This document shows positions 46,320-60,500 of a stretch of 64,000 bases of DNA, one piece after another. The DNA is from Psammoneis japonica. Taxonomy: Eukaryota. Location: assembly GCA_008632985.1 (NCBI GenBank), contig QPGO01000138.1, positions 62,001 to 126,000 of the forward strand, given 5' to 3'. The position numbers and the translations under genes were made by a program. The notes beneath the pieces were generated by a model. That model saw only the letters and a list, made by a program, of their open reading frames with translations, was not told the DNA's origin and searched no databases. Numbering within the stretch: the first letter of the stretch is position 1; every line of letters starts with the position of its first letter.

Positions 46320-48640
46320 CAAAGTTTCATGCATGTGCAGCATTAGAGCTGACAGAGGTTGTGCTTACGGCATGTCTCTCCATCCTGCTTGCTCGAACTG
46401 AAATCTTTTTTTCATTCGTGGTCGTGCCCGCCCCTCACCCTTCAAGGCTTGGACGACGACGGGCCAGCAAAACACACACTTGAAATCTCATTCAAAATTT
46501 CCGTCAGAGAGAAAGCTTTCCGTGAACTTTGTAAACAAATTATGCTGTGACACGCTTTTGGTCTCGATGAACAATTTTGCCAAGGTAAAATGAAGAAGGT
46601 CTTTGTTGTCATCACAGTCCTGCATTTTGAGGTTGGAGGACATCAGAAAGCCGATGGAGATGAAGACAACCTTTTCCATTTGGGCCGGCCATGACTTTGA
46701 TGCTTCAAGCAAGGTTGATCAGTTTGTCCCTCTCTCCATCTCTCTTTAAAAGTTTTCTTTTCCTGTCATCTAAAACTCTTCTGTGCATTTCCATGTGCTG
46801 CCCTCTCTCAACTCCAGAGTCGGCCTCAACAGCTCCGGAAGCAAGGCAGAACTCATCTGCTGCCGGCCACTTTCACCTTTCATCATTGGCAGAAATCATG
46901 CAGAGAAAAACAGGTTGCTCCCAATGATGTCATCTTGTCTGCAGCTCATTGCTGCAACAAATTCTGAGAATTTTTTGTTGGCATTGGCAAAGACAGGAGT
47001 TTGGCTGTGAAGACAGTTTTGAAAGATTTGGGGTTGTGGAAGCAATCGCTCACATCTGCAGCACAACCAGTTTGCCCTTGAGAATGATGTCATGCTGACT
47101 CAACTGCATGGCATTTCCACAGCCTCTCCCATCACCATGAAAAATGTCAAGAGCACACTCTCCCACTGCAGGAACACATCCAACTGTGTGACAGGGTCCA
47201 GCACTGAAGAAGAGGTCCCCATTTCAGACTTCTCACTGGAGGCATCTGTCAGATCATTGCAAAACAAGGCACGCTTCAAGATTTTTGATGAGGTGGAAAA
47301 ACACCTTCTTCCTTCTCTCACACCACAGCAGCAGATGTCGTCCAAGTTGGAGTGGTTTTGAAGGGTGCCCACAGCTGCACTGCTGGTGCCCAAGTCTGTG
47401 TCTGCACAAGTCATGCACTCATCTGGATGAATAAAATGACATGCTGTGTGACTGAAGTTTTTCAGATGCAACCAAGTGCACCTCCACTGAGCCTCAGCCC
47501 AACTGTGCTGATGCCAACTCTGGTTCCTCACATTGCCCATGACTTTGAAACCAAGCCTCTCAAGCCCACTGCTTTGTTGCTGACACTGAGCCCCACTTTG
47601 TCACCCACAATTCTGCCAAGCCTTGGGCCCACAGCTGGGGTGCAAAATGTGCAAAGAAAAGCCAACAAAGCACCCTGGGGCCACTCCGCCACCAACCATG
47701 CTGCCCAGCCCCAAGCCAGTGCACACCCTGGCACCAACAACAAGGGCTCCAACAGTGTTTCCTGGCCACCCCCAAATGCTCTGTTCAGCCCCAAGCTGAG
47801 TGCACTGTGGCAAAAACAAGGAGGCACCCACACTCTGAGGCAAAAAAAGTGACCTGCCCACCGGCAGAGATCAACCCAAACTGACACCCATGGCACAACA
47901 AGGCTGTGTGCAGCCCAGCACAAAAAAAACATGTCAGCCCACAAGGGTCAACCCAATTTGGTGATCATGGCACACAAATGATCATCATTGGAAAACCCAA
48001 AAGGCCGGGGATGCAGCAGGAAAGCCAGCCAGAAATCCCAAGCATCGCCCTCATTGGAAAAAACACATGCGAGCTGTTTGGGAAATCAGAGCTGACATTG
48101 CCCATGTCAGCCAAATGAGGGGCCTGTAAAGAAACACCACAAACTGATGCAAGCGGCCTTCATGTTGCAATTGTGGCTGTTCACTTCACTCGGTTTGTCA
48201 ACAAAGCAGCGCCAGGTGTTTTCTCAACAGCGGGCGGCGCTGCCCAGCAAATGTCAGCCCCAAGCAAATGTGCCATTGCAAGCACAATGAAGTTGAAGAT
48301 TTTTTTCAATTGATGATTTGTGGCCAGCTACTCTCTGCCACCAATGTGATGCAAACAGCTGGGTTTTTTGCTTTTCAATGCTTTGATGTCAAATCGAGGA
48401 AAACACAAAGCGGGGCAATGCTGCAGGGGAAACACTCTTTAGCCTGCCCCAGTCATGTGGCCTGGGTGCACTTTCAGCTTTCAACAGCTCCATGCTCTCT
48501 TCACTGCGGCATCGTTGAATTATCTCGAGAAGTGGAAGTGGATCATGGCCACTGGGGACATTAACACAGCATGTCGAGAAGAAGAAGAACTGAACAGACA
48601 ATGATTGACACAATGTGTGGTGGTCACACTTTGGACAAAA
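46320..48640. other. Hypermutated domain E containing a decayed Pro/Thr-repeat gene on the + strand
   Basis: CpG/TpA depletion; remnant LSLSPT...LSPTLSPTILPSLGPT at ~47480-47640. Confidence 0.75.
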
Positions 48641-48986
48641 CCGTACAGCCTATTATGACTAAAATATGTCAAGAATGGCCTTTTATCATATTAGATTTTG
48701 TCCGAGTATAAGTCATTTCTGTTCGAGGTGGCGAAATTATGGTAAATCCGAAAGCCTCATATTTTTCCTGGGTCGAATCGAATCCTTGCTTGTTCCTGTT
48801 TGCAGTTGCGCGATGCAAGTACTTGTTTGAAGGGAGGAGGTGCGAAAACGACTCAAGCTTGAACAGAGCGCATATAATCTCTCCGCAGAGAAAGTGTTTT
48901 CGAGAACAGTGTGAATATAATTACGGCATTGCTCACTGCTTCGCTAGGAGAGTCTCGCATTATTGTTCGGCCCTGATCACAACAAA

Positions 48987-50464
48987 ATGAAGCAGGTCTT
49001 TCTTGGTGCTATCGTTCTGTATTTTGTGATAGGAAACCATAACACAAACGGCGATCAAGATCGTTTTTTGCGTTTAGGAAGGCCACAAAGCCTTAATCAA
49101 TCAAAGCAGGTCAGCTCTGGCAAATCCATTTTTGAAATGTTCACTTGCGCTTCCAACTAATTTTTGTTCAACTCCAGGCTCATTCTCAGCATAGGAATCA
49201 TCCATCACAGGTAGCATTTATCATTGGCGGAAATCAAGCGGAGGGAAATAGGTATCCTTATTTCGCATCTTTAGAAGACAAAGAAGGCGATGCCTTTTGT
49301 GGAGGATCACTCGTCGCTCCCAATGTTGTTTTGTCCGCCGCTCACTGTAACGCGAGATTCTTGAAGTTCGTGAGCATTGGCAAAAACAGCGTGCTTGACT
49401 CTGAAGACAGTTTTGAAAGATTTAGAATCGCAGAAGTGATCCCTCATCCACAATATAACACTTCCACCGATGAGAACGACATCATGTTGATTCGACTTCG
49501 AGGTATTTCTGCAGCTTCACCTGTAGCCGTAAATCAAGATCAAAATACACCGACGGCTGGAACAGCTCTTGCTATCATTGGCTTTGGAAAGGCGGAAGCG
49601 GCTTCTTTTCCAAAATTCTTACTAGAGACATTGGTTCAGTCATTGTCAAACGATGATTGCTCGGAGGTTTTCGACACGATAGGTTTTTTCTACTCTGATG
49701 ACATGATGTGCACTATCGCGAAAGAGAAGGGAGCATGCGAAGGTGACTCTGGTGGGCCTCTAATCATTCGAGGACCTAACCCAGCAGCAGACATTCAAGT
49801 CGGGGTCGTTTCGTGGAGCGTCAACGGTTGTCCTGACACAAGTGAGTTTCCGCAAGTCTTTGCAGATGTCAGCTATATGATGGAGTGGATGTATGAAACG
49901 GTTTGCGACATGACTGATGGAGTCCTGGACCAGAGCAAGCAAAGGACTTGGTGTTCAGATATCTCGATTCCGAATGTGACGCCGAAAACGCGTCCCACCT
50001 CTAGGCCGACTTCTTCGCCAAGCCCCGAGCCTACACGGATGCCAATAACAAAAAAGCCTACAACACCTCCAACTCCATCACCATCCGCTCAACCGAGCCC
50101 CGTGCCAAGTACCCCAGCGCCAACATCACAGGCCCCAACTCTCCAGGACGAGCCGAAGACGCGTCCACCCACGAGGATCAACCCAAACTGGCGCCCTTGG
50201 TACGCAGATCGTCGATGGAAAAATCAAAAAGCTGGACAAAAATCATGGGCAAACCGGCGCCCTTGGTATGAAGATCATTGCTGGAAAAATCAAAAAGCTG
50301 GCCAAAAATCATGGGCATCTGCTACCCAGGAGGAGAAGACCCGTCCGATCTCAAGGATTAACCCAAACTGGAGCCATTGGCACAAAAATCCTCGCTGGAA
50401 AAATCGAAAAGCTGGACACAAAAGAAATATGGACAAGCATCATAAGCATCCGCATTGGAAGTAA
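48987..50464 (+). CDS. Secreted S1 (chymotrypsin-fold) serine protease with a Pro/Thr linker and basic Trp-rich repeats; intron 49110-49177
   Basis: Signal-peptide exon splices in frame; IIGG, CGGSL, LSAAHC, DIML, GDSGGP, GVVSW. Confidence 0.93.
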
Positions 50465-50806
50465 CCCGCAAGGGGAAAGAAACTATCAATGTCGGCGGCG
50501 CTGAAACCAAAAGGGCGCCGTGGTGACCTACCGGTATCTTCAAGCCATAATTGTCCCTTTCGATCATGTTCCACTCGCCTCTACGTTGCCCACTCTGTTG
50601 CGTGAAGGCTGTTGTCTTTAAAACTTGTTTTAAAATATAGTTTTGGTCGGGAGAGTCTCCCAAGCTCTCTACTACGACTGGTTTCAAATTGAGGCAATCT
50701 CTCGTCGTTAGACTTATCGTGTCTACATTGTGGAGAACATTCATAACCGGGCGCTCGTATTACTTCAGCTCGGAAAATACCATTGAACAACAACTTTGAC
50801 TACATT

Positions 50807-53177
50807 TTAACGTGCCTGCTGGGACTCAGAAAATGGAAAGCCGTACGTGATGCTGTCAAAATGCTCCCCCCATGCCTGCTGCCCACTCTTATTTATCTTG
50901 AAGGGGTGGTACATAGCGTACACAGTGGATGAGTCGTTTCTGCAATGTTCCAGCATGGATTCTTTTCCACGATCCGAATGGTAGGTCCAATCGGTGCAAA
51001 GTTTGATCCTCTTAACCTGTGTTTCCTCTTTTTCTCTTAGTATCTGCACAATGGACGAGAAGCCGCATTCGAGAAAGACTTTGTGGTCAAAAAATAACCG
51101 AGACACATTGCAATACGTTTCCTGAAATTTCATTGGGACAAAAAGAAAGTCAGCCTGTACTCTAGATGGAACAAGGAAGCTACCATCAGCTTGCTTGTAC
51201 GGTGTACTTCTGATATCAAACGTAACATTCTGTAGCTGCCGAATACAATGCTTTTTGTGATGTGGCCAATGCTCGAGGCTTTCCTCCAGCTCCTCCCAAG
51301 TGAAAAATCGTTCTCCGTTTGGTTTCGAAAACGTTCCATCTTTCTGTATGGAGTATATAAAGTCGGAGGCAAGTTCGTCGTCAATCCTTTTGGGATTCAA
51401 AAACGAGAGTGGCACTCTCGGCCCCACGGATCCAATCACGGCTTCGGTTGGGAACATGAAGTTACCGTCAAGTAGTGCTGTCATATTCAAGTATGCGTCG
51501 TCATGCAGATACAGAACTCCATCAATGCCAGCTACGCCATGAAACTGTTGAAGCGTCTCAGCCAAATGAATCATGGGTGAGACAAAGCCACGATCATCGG
51601 AGCTGCTTGCTATCGCCTGTATACCACGGGAGTGCAAATCATCAATCTGTTCCTCGCTAAAAGGACCACGTATGACGATGTTTGGAAAGACTTCCCTCCA
51701 CTTCTGATCCCAAAATGGTACATTCTCAAACCCTTTGGCAAAATTAAACTGACCCATGAGAACAACGTTTGGATGTCGCGAGCGAGTGACTTGGGGAAAC
51801 TCGTATCCACTCTCGACAAGAGCTTGCAACCATGCTTGCACGAGCCCCACGTCACTGATTTCAATGTAGCCTCTCTCGTACAAGTCAATCCATAATTCCT
51901 CCATTCGTTCAACTATAGTCAACGAAGTCGATGTCCACGTGTTTAAGAACTTGATAAGCTGGGAGCCCTTAAAGTACAAATCCAGTTCAGCGTTCATGTC
52001 CGCCATGTAGTTGTGCTCGTTTCGATCCTGTATAACCCTCGGAGGTAACATGGCGACATTAAGATCAACGTCCCGAAACAAAGCTTTGCTAAAGTATCCT
52101 CTCCAAATGTCACTGACACGACCAGGAACGGTGAACGGAAGTAGCGCAGCCCATAGCGCCTGGCGTGTGTGAACCGTGGCTTGGGCATTGTATGGTATGA
52201 ATGCATGTAACGGCACCATGAGTGGCGTTTCGTCGGCATTGAACGTCATTGGAAGAGGCTTGATGAGTCGATGTATGGCATCAATATCTGGATTTAGATC
52301 GGCACAAAATTGCATTACTGCAATCTTCTTCATGTCGACAGCTTCTTTCTTGAATGCTACAGAACCTTGGGTGGAATTGTCTTGAACCAATTCTAACGGA
52401 AAGCCTCGTGGGTAAGAGTTCTCAATAGACGCACCCATGAGGGGATGATGATTCATGACGTTCCTATTCATAACGGGGATTCGAACCNNNNNNNNNNNNN
52501 NNNNNNNNNNNNNNNNNNNNNNNNNNNNNNNNNNNNNNNNNNNNNNNNNNNNNNNNNNNNNNNNNNNNNNNNNNNNNNNNNNNNNNNNNNNNNNNNNNNN
52601 NNNNNNNNNNNNNNNNNNNNNNNNNNNNNNNNNNNNNNNNNNNNNNNNNNNNNNNNNNNNNNNNNNNNNNNNNNNNNNNNNNNNNNNNNNNNNNNNNNNN
52701 NNNNNNNNNNNNNNNNNNNNNNNNNNNNNNNNNNNNNNNNNNNNNNNNNNNNNNNNNNNNNNNNNNNNNNNNNNNNNNNNNNNNNNNNNNNNNNNNNNNN
52801 NNNNNNNNNNNNNNNNNNNNNNNNNNNNNNNNNNNNNNNNNNNNNNNNNATCGTGTTACCACGGACCATTTCGTGCAGTCGCTCGCCTTCTTCTTTTCCT
52901 GATTGCGGGGACCGTCTTGCGGCTGCTTCCACCCTTGAAACACTCGCTTGCCTTGATACTCACGAAATGGGTTTCCGAGAAAGAGGCTGCCAGTCGCTGA
53001 GTTAACATCATCTGGATGTTGTGTGTGTTCTGAAGGCGAAACGGCATGTGCTGATATGGGGGCTGCCAGGGACGCGGTTCTGAGCTCGTCCATCCACCAC
53101 GCGAGCGTGCCAAGGCTAAGTAAACAGCAGACCAACAGGCCAATCCGTGGAAAAGATCTGTTCCTTCCGTGCCTCAT
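50807..53177 (-). CDS. STELLO-like (DUF288) glycosyltransferase-family type II membrane protein, interrupted by an assembly gap
   Basis: N-terminal TM and KWSVVT before the gap; YPRGFPL, PDIDAIHRL, PYNAQAT, FTVPGRVSDIWRGYF after it; C-terminal LYLHDDA...ADF...HPFK region. Confidence 0.82.
52488..52849. other. Assembly gap (N run)
   Basis: Run of n characters. Confidence 1.
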
Positions 53178-53539
53178 TGTGAAGTGAATGTAGTGCCGTT
53201 GTGTTACGTACATATGATGTTGTGTGATGCGGATGTTGCGTTGTGATCGTTGTTCGTTCAGTCGTTTGGACCACGACGACAGTTACATGCCGGTAGACCT
53301 AGGTACCGTATGATACTATAGTAGAAGTAGTAGTTACGAGCTCCGCCGCGACTTCTTTCGTGATTTTGTGACCGGCTCGCGTCTTTTTATATTTCGCCGT
53401 TAAAGGCTTCGCTTATTTATTCAGACACTAAGGCAGTATCAAAGTTATTTGAATTTAAATATTTATTCAGAGTTTAAAATTAAATAATAAAAATTTGAGT
53501 TTTATGTTGTTATACAGGACTTATGGACTTTCCTAAAAT

Positions 53540-56500
53540 AATGTGGTCGCACTGTCCGTCCATCGCCAGACATCCGAGGTGCAAAAAATCTGACGCAGTG
53601 AATCTCAAATCCCCCCCCCCCCCCCCCCCGCTGCTGTTGCACCACGCCATTTTTAAAAGAGTCAGAAAGAGACAAGAGACCACATTCAATTGGCATTTTA
53701 AGAGACTCGGCCACAAGCCTTGGTCATCCAATGCAAGCTCCGCCCTTCTCACCCGCACTCGAAAAAAGTGGGAGGGGGGTGCAGCTCCACAAGCAACACT
53801 GTCGGCGTGCAAACAACGGGCAAACAATGCACGCAGCATGCTGCATGTTGTTTGTCCTCTGAGTTGTTTTCAGAAGATGTTTCTGTTTCTTTCACTCTGT
53901 CCTTTCTCAAACATTTTGCCATCAGGAGCATCATGAGGAGTTTTTTTGGTCAGCAGCATGTTCTTGAGTCTCGGGGCGCGACAAGTGCATGTCACCACGT
54001 CAAACAACTCTCTTGACTGCCCATTTTTGCTCCTCTTGCAAATTGGGTGCTTCTGATGCGATGTGAGACAATGCAAGTTTGAGTCTCTCTCAGGAATCAA
54101 AAGGCTCCAGCTTTGCAATCCTCTCTCGTGCCGGTGTGCCTGTGCAGAAGTGTTTCCCAGTCACCCAGGAAAACAAGGAATCTGGCACTGTCCTTCAAAT
54201 CAAACTTGGCAACAAATGACAAGGTTCCATCATCAAGTGAGAGATGGACTTGGACAGCTGATGACATCATGGTGAGTGTGTTGTTGACTCTCCATCCTTT
54301 TCAGCGCACACACAGAGAAAGGGGAGCAGAGCTTCATTTTGCCCGCCATTGTTGTTGCTTTTCTCAGAGGGTGCACCAATCTTGCCATCAAGAGCTTTCC
54401 TTGGCTCAGCTTGGGTGAGGAGTGAAGTTGGGTTGGCCTCAGAGGGCAGCATTGGCCAGACAACCACACTGAGCACAGAGATTGCTGTCATCTTTTGCAA
54501 ATGATGTGCACATGCAGAACTTGTCCAGGTGGAGCGCCTTTCATCTGTCACAAATGTGCAGGATTGCTCTTGAAGCACCGGGGCAAACAAGTGATGAGTC
54601 GCTCTCCAGCCTGGCAGATTCATGGGCAGCTCAGCTCTGTTGCTTGGTGGTTGCAGCATGCTCTGCAGCGGCATTGTTGGCAGATGCAGTCTCATTTTTT
54701 TTTAGCCGCTGCCAAGCTGGGTGCATTGCTCTCAGTTGCTGCACTCACCAACATTTGCCATGGACAGCCCAATGGTGTCACAGCAAAATGCAATGGCCTT
54801 GCTGACTGCAGTTGCAACAGGAGCAATGTCTCCAATTGTGCATGTCACTGCTTTCAGCAGCAGCGATGTGTCACTCCGATGGTTGAGAAATTTCTGGCTT
54901 TTTGAGTCCATGGTCTGATGGATGGACAGGCCAAGTGTGAACACTTTTTCAGATCACCATGATCCATTGCATGTTGGCTGACCAGGGTGCGGGGCAGGGC
55001 ACTCTCCACCATGAGCAAGGGTTTGCAGTCTGTCAGGGTGTGCAACGTGCAAGCTCTCCAGAACAAATCCATGCATGAGCCTGTTGCCATGTGTGGCATG
55101 CAAGCACCATTGAAACTTGTGCTGGGTTTTGCAGAAGGCTGCACAGGGCTTCTCACTTTTAAGAGAATGTGGCATTTGTGAACAACCATGTGCCAATGTC
55201 ACAGATGCCTCAAAGACAAAATGCTGTTGGCTTGTTGGGAACAGATGGTTTGAAACATGATGGAGGGTGGGGGGCAACAGACGCAGCATGAAAAATGATG
55301 GCGGGGGTGGAAGACAGATGAAATGGAAATTTAACTGGAAAATCTGCCACCAACTGCCAGTTGACCCTGCGGTTGATTGATTGTTGTGATGATGAGTGAT
55401 GTGATGTGTGCTCCTGTGATGGTTTGCCAAATTGTTGCATGTTTCAACAAGTGCTCATTCATGCCAGTGATTCATTTTTGGGTCATCCACTGGCAAGGAC
55501 ATGATGTGTGAGGCAAAACACAAGATGCAAATGTCTTGTCAAAAGAATTGTCTGTTGTTCAAAGCCCATGCAAAGCACTGGGCATCATGTGCTGCCCCTC
55601 ATCACTGGTCAAGATCATGACTCCTCCTGCAACATCAAGCAACAGTGGGTGTTTCCATTTTCTTTCAAAGAAGCAAGCTCTTTCAGTGCAAACAACAGCT
55701 GTGGCACTGTCAACAATGACAAAACAATCTTTGTGCAAGCTCCTTGCTGCAAACACAAAGTCACATCAGCTTTCATTGACACAACCCATCCTCACCAGCA
55801 CAAGCACCACAAGAGCTGCAAGTGTGCACACTTTTGCCAAATGTTTCTTCCATCACTGCTGGCAATGCAAATGGCATGCTGTCCATGTCAACTCCCCTCA
55901 CAACTTTTGAAATGCCAGATGCCAAGAAAGGGGCTTCAACAAACTTGTTCAACTGGAACAAGGTTTGACTCTTCTTTCTCCAAGTTCTGTCAAGACAACT
56001 TGCACAGCTCCATCATCAAAGTGAATGATGTCTCTTGACACAACCACAAAACTGCTCATGAAGCTGTTGATGGAAAAGGAGACCAACAAAGAAAACAAAA
56101 ATTCAGAGCCCAGTCCTGTCCAAATCATGCCCAGCAAGAGTGAGCAACATCAATCACCCAACAATCATTTCAACTCATGTTGCACTGGCACACAAAATGG
56201 AAGACTTGCTGAAAGATGTGTGGCACCCCCTCAAACAAAAGGAAACTGCCTTGAATTCTTTGACTGTGATCAAAAGAGAAATTCATGGCACAGCATTGAC
56301 TGTGCAGGTGTGGTGTCTCCAAAGAGCACAACTTGGCAGTGTGACAAATGTCACCATTTCTCTTGATTGAAGAGCATTCCACACACAAGAGCTGCTGCTG
56401 CCAATTGATCAATCAGCTTTCAAACTCAAATTCTCTTGGAAGTCATCTGACAAGAAGATGTGTCAATTTTTCTGAACTCATGGGAAGCAAATCAACTCCT

Positions 56501-57522
56501 TCACTTGTTGCACCTGCACAAAGACAGTTGCTTCCCAGCAGAGCTCAAGAAAGGATTGCTCCTCCATCAACACAGTGAGCAGTGATTGCCCAACTGAGCA
56601 AAATCACCTTTGCCTTCTGAAAGAACCCAGCTCCAAAACAAATGAGTGCTCTTCTTGCAACAAGAACATTTTGTGAATTGAAGCATGTCAAATCAAGCAA
56701 AAAGAAAGCAGCTGCAAGCAGCAAGAAACTGTGGGCAACTCCAAAACAAATCTTTGCTTCTTGAGCCCTGAAGAAAAAGATGAACATCTCTGCAATGTGC
56801 AAAAAGAGAAGAAGCAACAAACAATCAAACTCAAGCAGTCAGAAGCCAGACAAACAAGTGTTGAGTGACAAGATTGAGGTGCAGGACAGTGATGAGCAAA
56901 CAAAAGGGCAACAAGCCAGCATTTTTTAGAAAAAGATCATTTCAGTCTTGATGGTGGATTCAATAAACTTGAGAAAGTCATGGCCCTTGTGTTGGATGAA
57001 ATCACAAAGCACAGTGGCACAAAAATGGCCAGCAATCACATGGCTGTTGAGTGCTCTTCAGGTGTCTTCTGAATGGCTCTGTTGCTCTGGCTCATGTCTC
57101 TTGGTGCATGAAAAGAAGAGTTTCAAAAAATGCCTTTTCAGCTGAACAAGACAAAAATGGCCATGATGTGCAGTGGTGGGTTTGCCCAGAAGCACACATG
57201 GAAAAATGACAAAGCTGTTCAAAATGAGCCAGGGAAGCATCTGGATGGCCACACAATGTGTGACAAATTTCACACAAAGCATGGCATCACCTGGAGTGCA
57301 ATGACTCACCACATGGTGGGTTTCACAAGCAAGTCAAAAAGTTTGACTGTCAAAGAAGAGCTCAGAAACATGTTGTCGGTGAGGAATGACAAAGAGCACT
57401 CACCTCAAGATGATCAGGGCTGGAAGCTTGCTCCTGTGCCAGCATTGAGCATCAATGAGTGGTTGCTCTGGTCCTTTTGTGACAACACACTGAGACCCAC
57501 AATGCCAAGCACTTTGTTGTTG

Positions 57523-57553
<31 letters not shown>

Positions 57554-60500
57554 TGAATGAACAAACTCCTCTCTCTCTCTCTCTCTCTCTCTGGTGGCAA
57601 CAATCTTGTGTGCCAGCTCATGAATGTTGTGCTTCTGCATGAAATGGTCAGCACACACATTCATGGCTTGGTGCACAGTGCAGGAGAAATCAATGCCCAA
57701 TTGCTCAAACCATTGAGGCAGGGTCAAGTGGTGCCAGACCAAGGGTGGCTTGCCATTGATTTTGTGTCAGCTGTTCATCTGGTCAACAAACCTCTGTGGA
57801 AGATCATGCGGCTGTGGCATTGCAGCAACCACAACCAAAGGCTGTGAGGAATGCTCTCAACAAGAGCAGACCTCCCAAGGTGCTTCCTGCTCCCAAAATG
57901 AAAAAGAGCAAGAGCAGGAAGAGAGTTGGCAAGAGGTCAACAGACAAGGCAATGAATGCCAGACAAAGAACCTTGAAGCAATGCTGAGACAAGTGGCTGG
58001 AGCTGATGTCTCAAGCAACCACTGCCAAAGAGCCAAAGCCACCTCTGCAGAAGCTGCTGTTGTCAAGCAAGTTGTTGCCACAGCTGGGAGCAACACAGCC
58101 ACCAAGAAAGTGGCTGATGTGAGTGTCAGAGAGGCTGAGGCCAAAGGGCCCAATGACAGTGCACCAGCCATGATGATGATGGCTTCTGCAAGAAAAATGG
58201 GGGACACAAGAAATGCTGAGTGCACTTTGGCATTTTGAAATGGGTGGTGGCACCAAGTTTGCTGGCTGGGCACGACAGGTGGAAAGTGCTTGCAAACAAG
58301 ACAGACAGACCTTTGCAAATCCTTCACACACCCAAACAACAAGTGGAGGCAATGCAATGCTGTTGGGAGCACCCAAGCAATGTCCAGCAAGACCAAGAGG
58401 CTCCCTTCTCCTGTGACACAATCATCACAAAGCTGGCGACTTGCCTTGGATCCAAGCTTGGCTGTGTGAGTGACCTCATGACAGAAGGTGACATTGGCGC
58501 AGATGTGGGGAACGTTCAACTCATGCAGGATTGATGTGTGCACCTGCCAACCTGTCTCACTCTCTCCACTGCGCCAGCTGCCAGAGCAGAGAGTCTCTAC
58601 GAGCACAACTGAGGGGAGGCAGACAGACTGTGTCAGCTCATTTTGGGAGACGTCTCCAGCCAGCCAGCTGCTGGCTGAAAAAAGTCTGCCTTTCAGTGCA
58701 AATTCCACACAAGATTCTTCAGCCAGCAGCTGGCTGGATGCTTCCCCCAATTGTTCACTCCACATTGGAAGAAAACAAAAAACAAAACCCAAAATCTGTG
58801 TTCAAGGTGCTGCCACACTTCCACCCTGCAAATCCGGCATCAAGCCAGCCCACACCCCCAGTGCGCCAATGGGCGGCAGGGGCACACAACAATTGGCCAA
58901 CATTGGCACCACCTGGTGGTGGTGCCAAGCCAAAGCAACCAGCAACAGCACAAGTGCCTCTTGAAGCAAGACGTTTTGCTTCCCGAATGCTGGACTTGAA
59001 CATGGGGCAAACCATCATCAACCAATTTCTCAGTCTGTGTGTTGAATGGGCCAGATGTTCATCAACCAAGTCAAACAAATGTGCCTTGTCTTTTGCCAAA
59101 CAGTCGTTGACTCTGGAGCACACAGCCTTGACTTCCAGCACTTTGGCACCTCAATGCTGGGATGACTTCCTGGTTTCCGAATTGTGTCTGTGCACTGCAT
59201 CATTGTGCAAGTCCCACAGTTCTCACCATTGGGACCAAACATGAGAACCTGCGGCAGCTGCTCAATCCAGTCTTTGACCATTGTCCACCTGCACCAGAGA
59301 TCCGCCAGTCAATGAGCGTGTTTGTTGAGCAATGTTCCATTCTGTTGAGAACCTGCCATTGAAAATTTGTCACCACCCTGTCCTCTCTTGAGAATGGAAG
59401 ACTGATCAGACGCTGTGGTGCACGTCAACTGAGCAAACAATTTCTTCATGAAACCATGATTCCAAACACAACAACAACATGTCTCTCAACAAAGGAGAAG
59501 TGGACACATCGTCACACTTCTTGCACAGGCCTTGAAGAAATGTCCTGCGACATTGTTTGTCATGGGGACATGGTGGAATGTGGTGCCCATCTTCCATGGG
59601 ATGCTGGCAATGGATGCAACAGTCCAGTTGAGTGGGGCCACATCTGTGGACATTTTTGTTTGCAGGCAAACAGTCTTGAACCAACTTCACAGTGCTGACC
59701 CACCGGTCAATGTTTCTGGACATCAACTTCACATGGACCTGCCAATCCATGGAATTGAACATTTCATCAGACCATCCACACTTCTCCATCATGTGCACTC
59801 AGAGTGCTGGAGCTGATGCTTTGCAATGCAATGCTGGTTTGAACTCAGTCACAACTGACAAGTTGTTGACAACAAGATTTGCAGCACAGTGTGGAAATCG
59901 TGGTGCCAACCGCACTGCCTCCAAGCACGTTCTGTGGTGCCCCATCCCACCAAGCAGTCTGCATGAACATTTGACTGTGTGGGCAGAGGAAGATTCTCAT
60001 GTGGGACAGAATCATCTTGATGACTCTTAACCCAAATCACCTCCACTTGAACACCTCCTGAATCACAGACAAAGAATTCTGAAAGCTGTTGGAAAGAATG
60101 GAAGATTTTGTGCAGAAAATCCCAGTCTAGAGACATCGTGTTTACAATGTGATGTCAATGAGCACAATCACTGTTGTGATCCGGGGAAGCATCTGCATTC
60201 ACCATTGGAGGCAGCGTTTGAAACAAAGAGACATTGCGGACCAAAGATGAGTTGTCGCAGTGCAATGCAATCTCCAAGGGGAAACCCGTCCTGGTGCATT
60301 CCACAACTTGGAGCAGAAATCAGAGAATGGACAAGAGCCCACAAGCTTCAGCTCTGTGAGAAGAAGGCCGGAAACCAAACACTGGACCCATGCAATCAAC
60401 CAAGGGAGTCCCATTGATGGACAAGGTCCATCCAAAGGATGCATTGAAATCTGTCACTGAGCCGTCACTCCCTGCCACAGCCCTGTTGGTTCACAAAACA

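Noticed and set aside
52445..53213. Long ORFs spanning the X run
   Set aside because: Created by the N gap; only the minus-strand STELLO-like frame is supported.
54900..59300. Second transposon or gene family on the + strand of domain F
   Set aside because: Coding-like remnants are present but I could not recognise any diagnostic motif.
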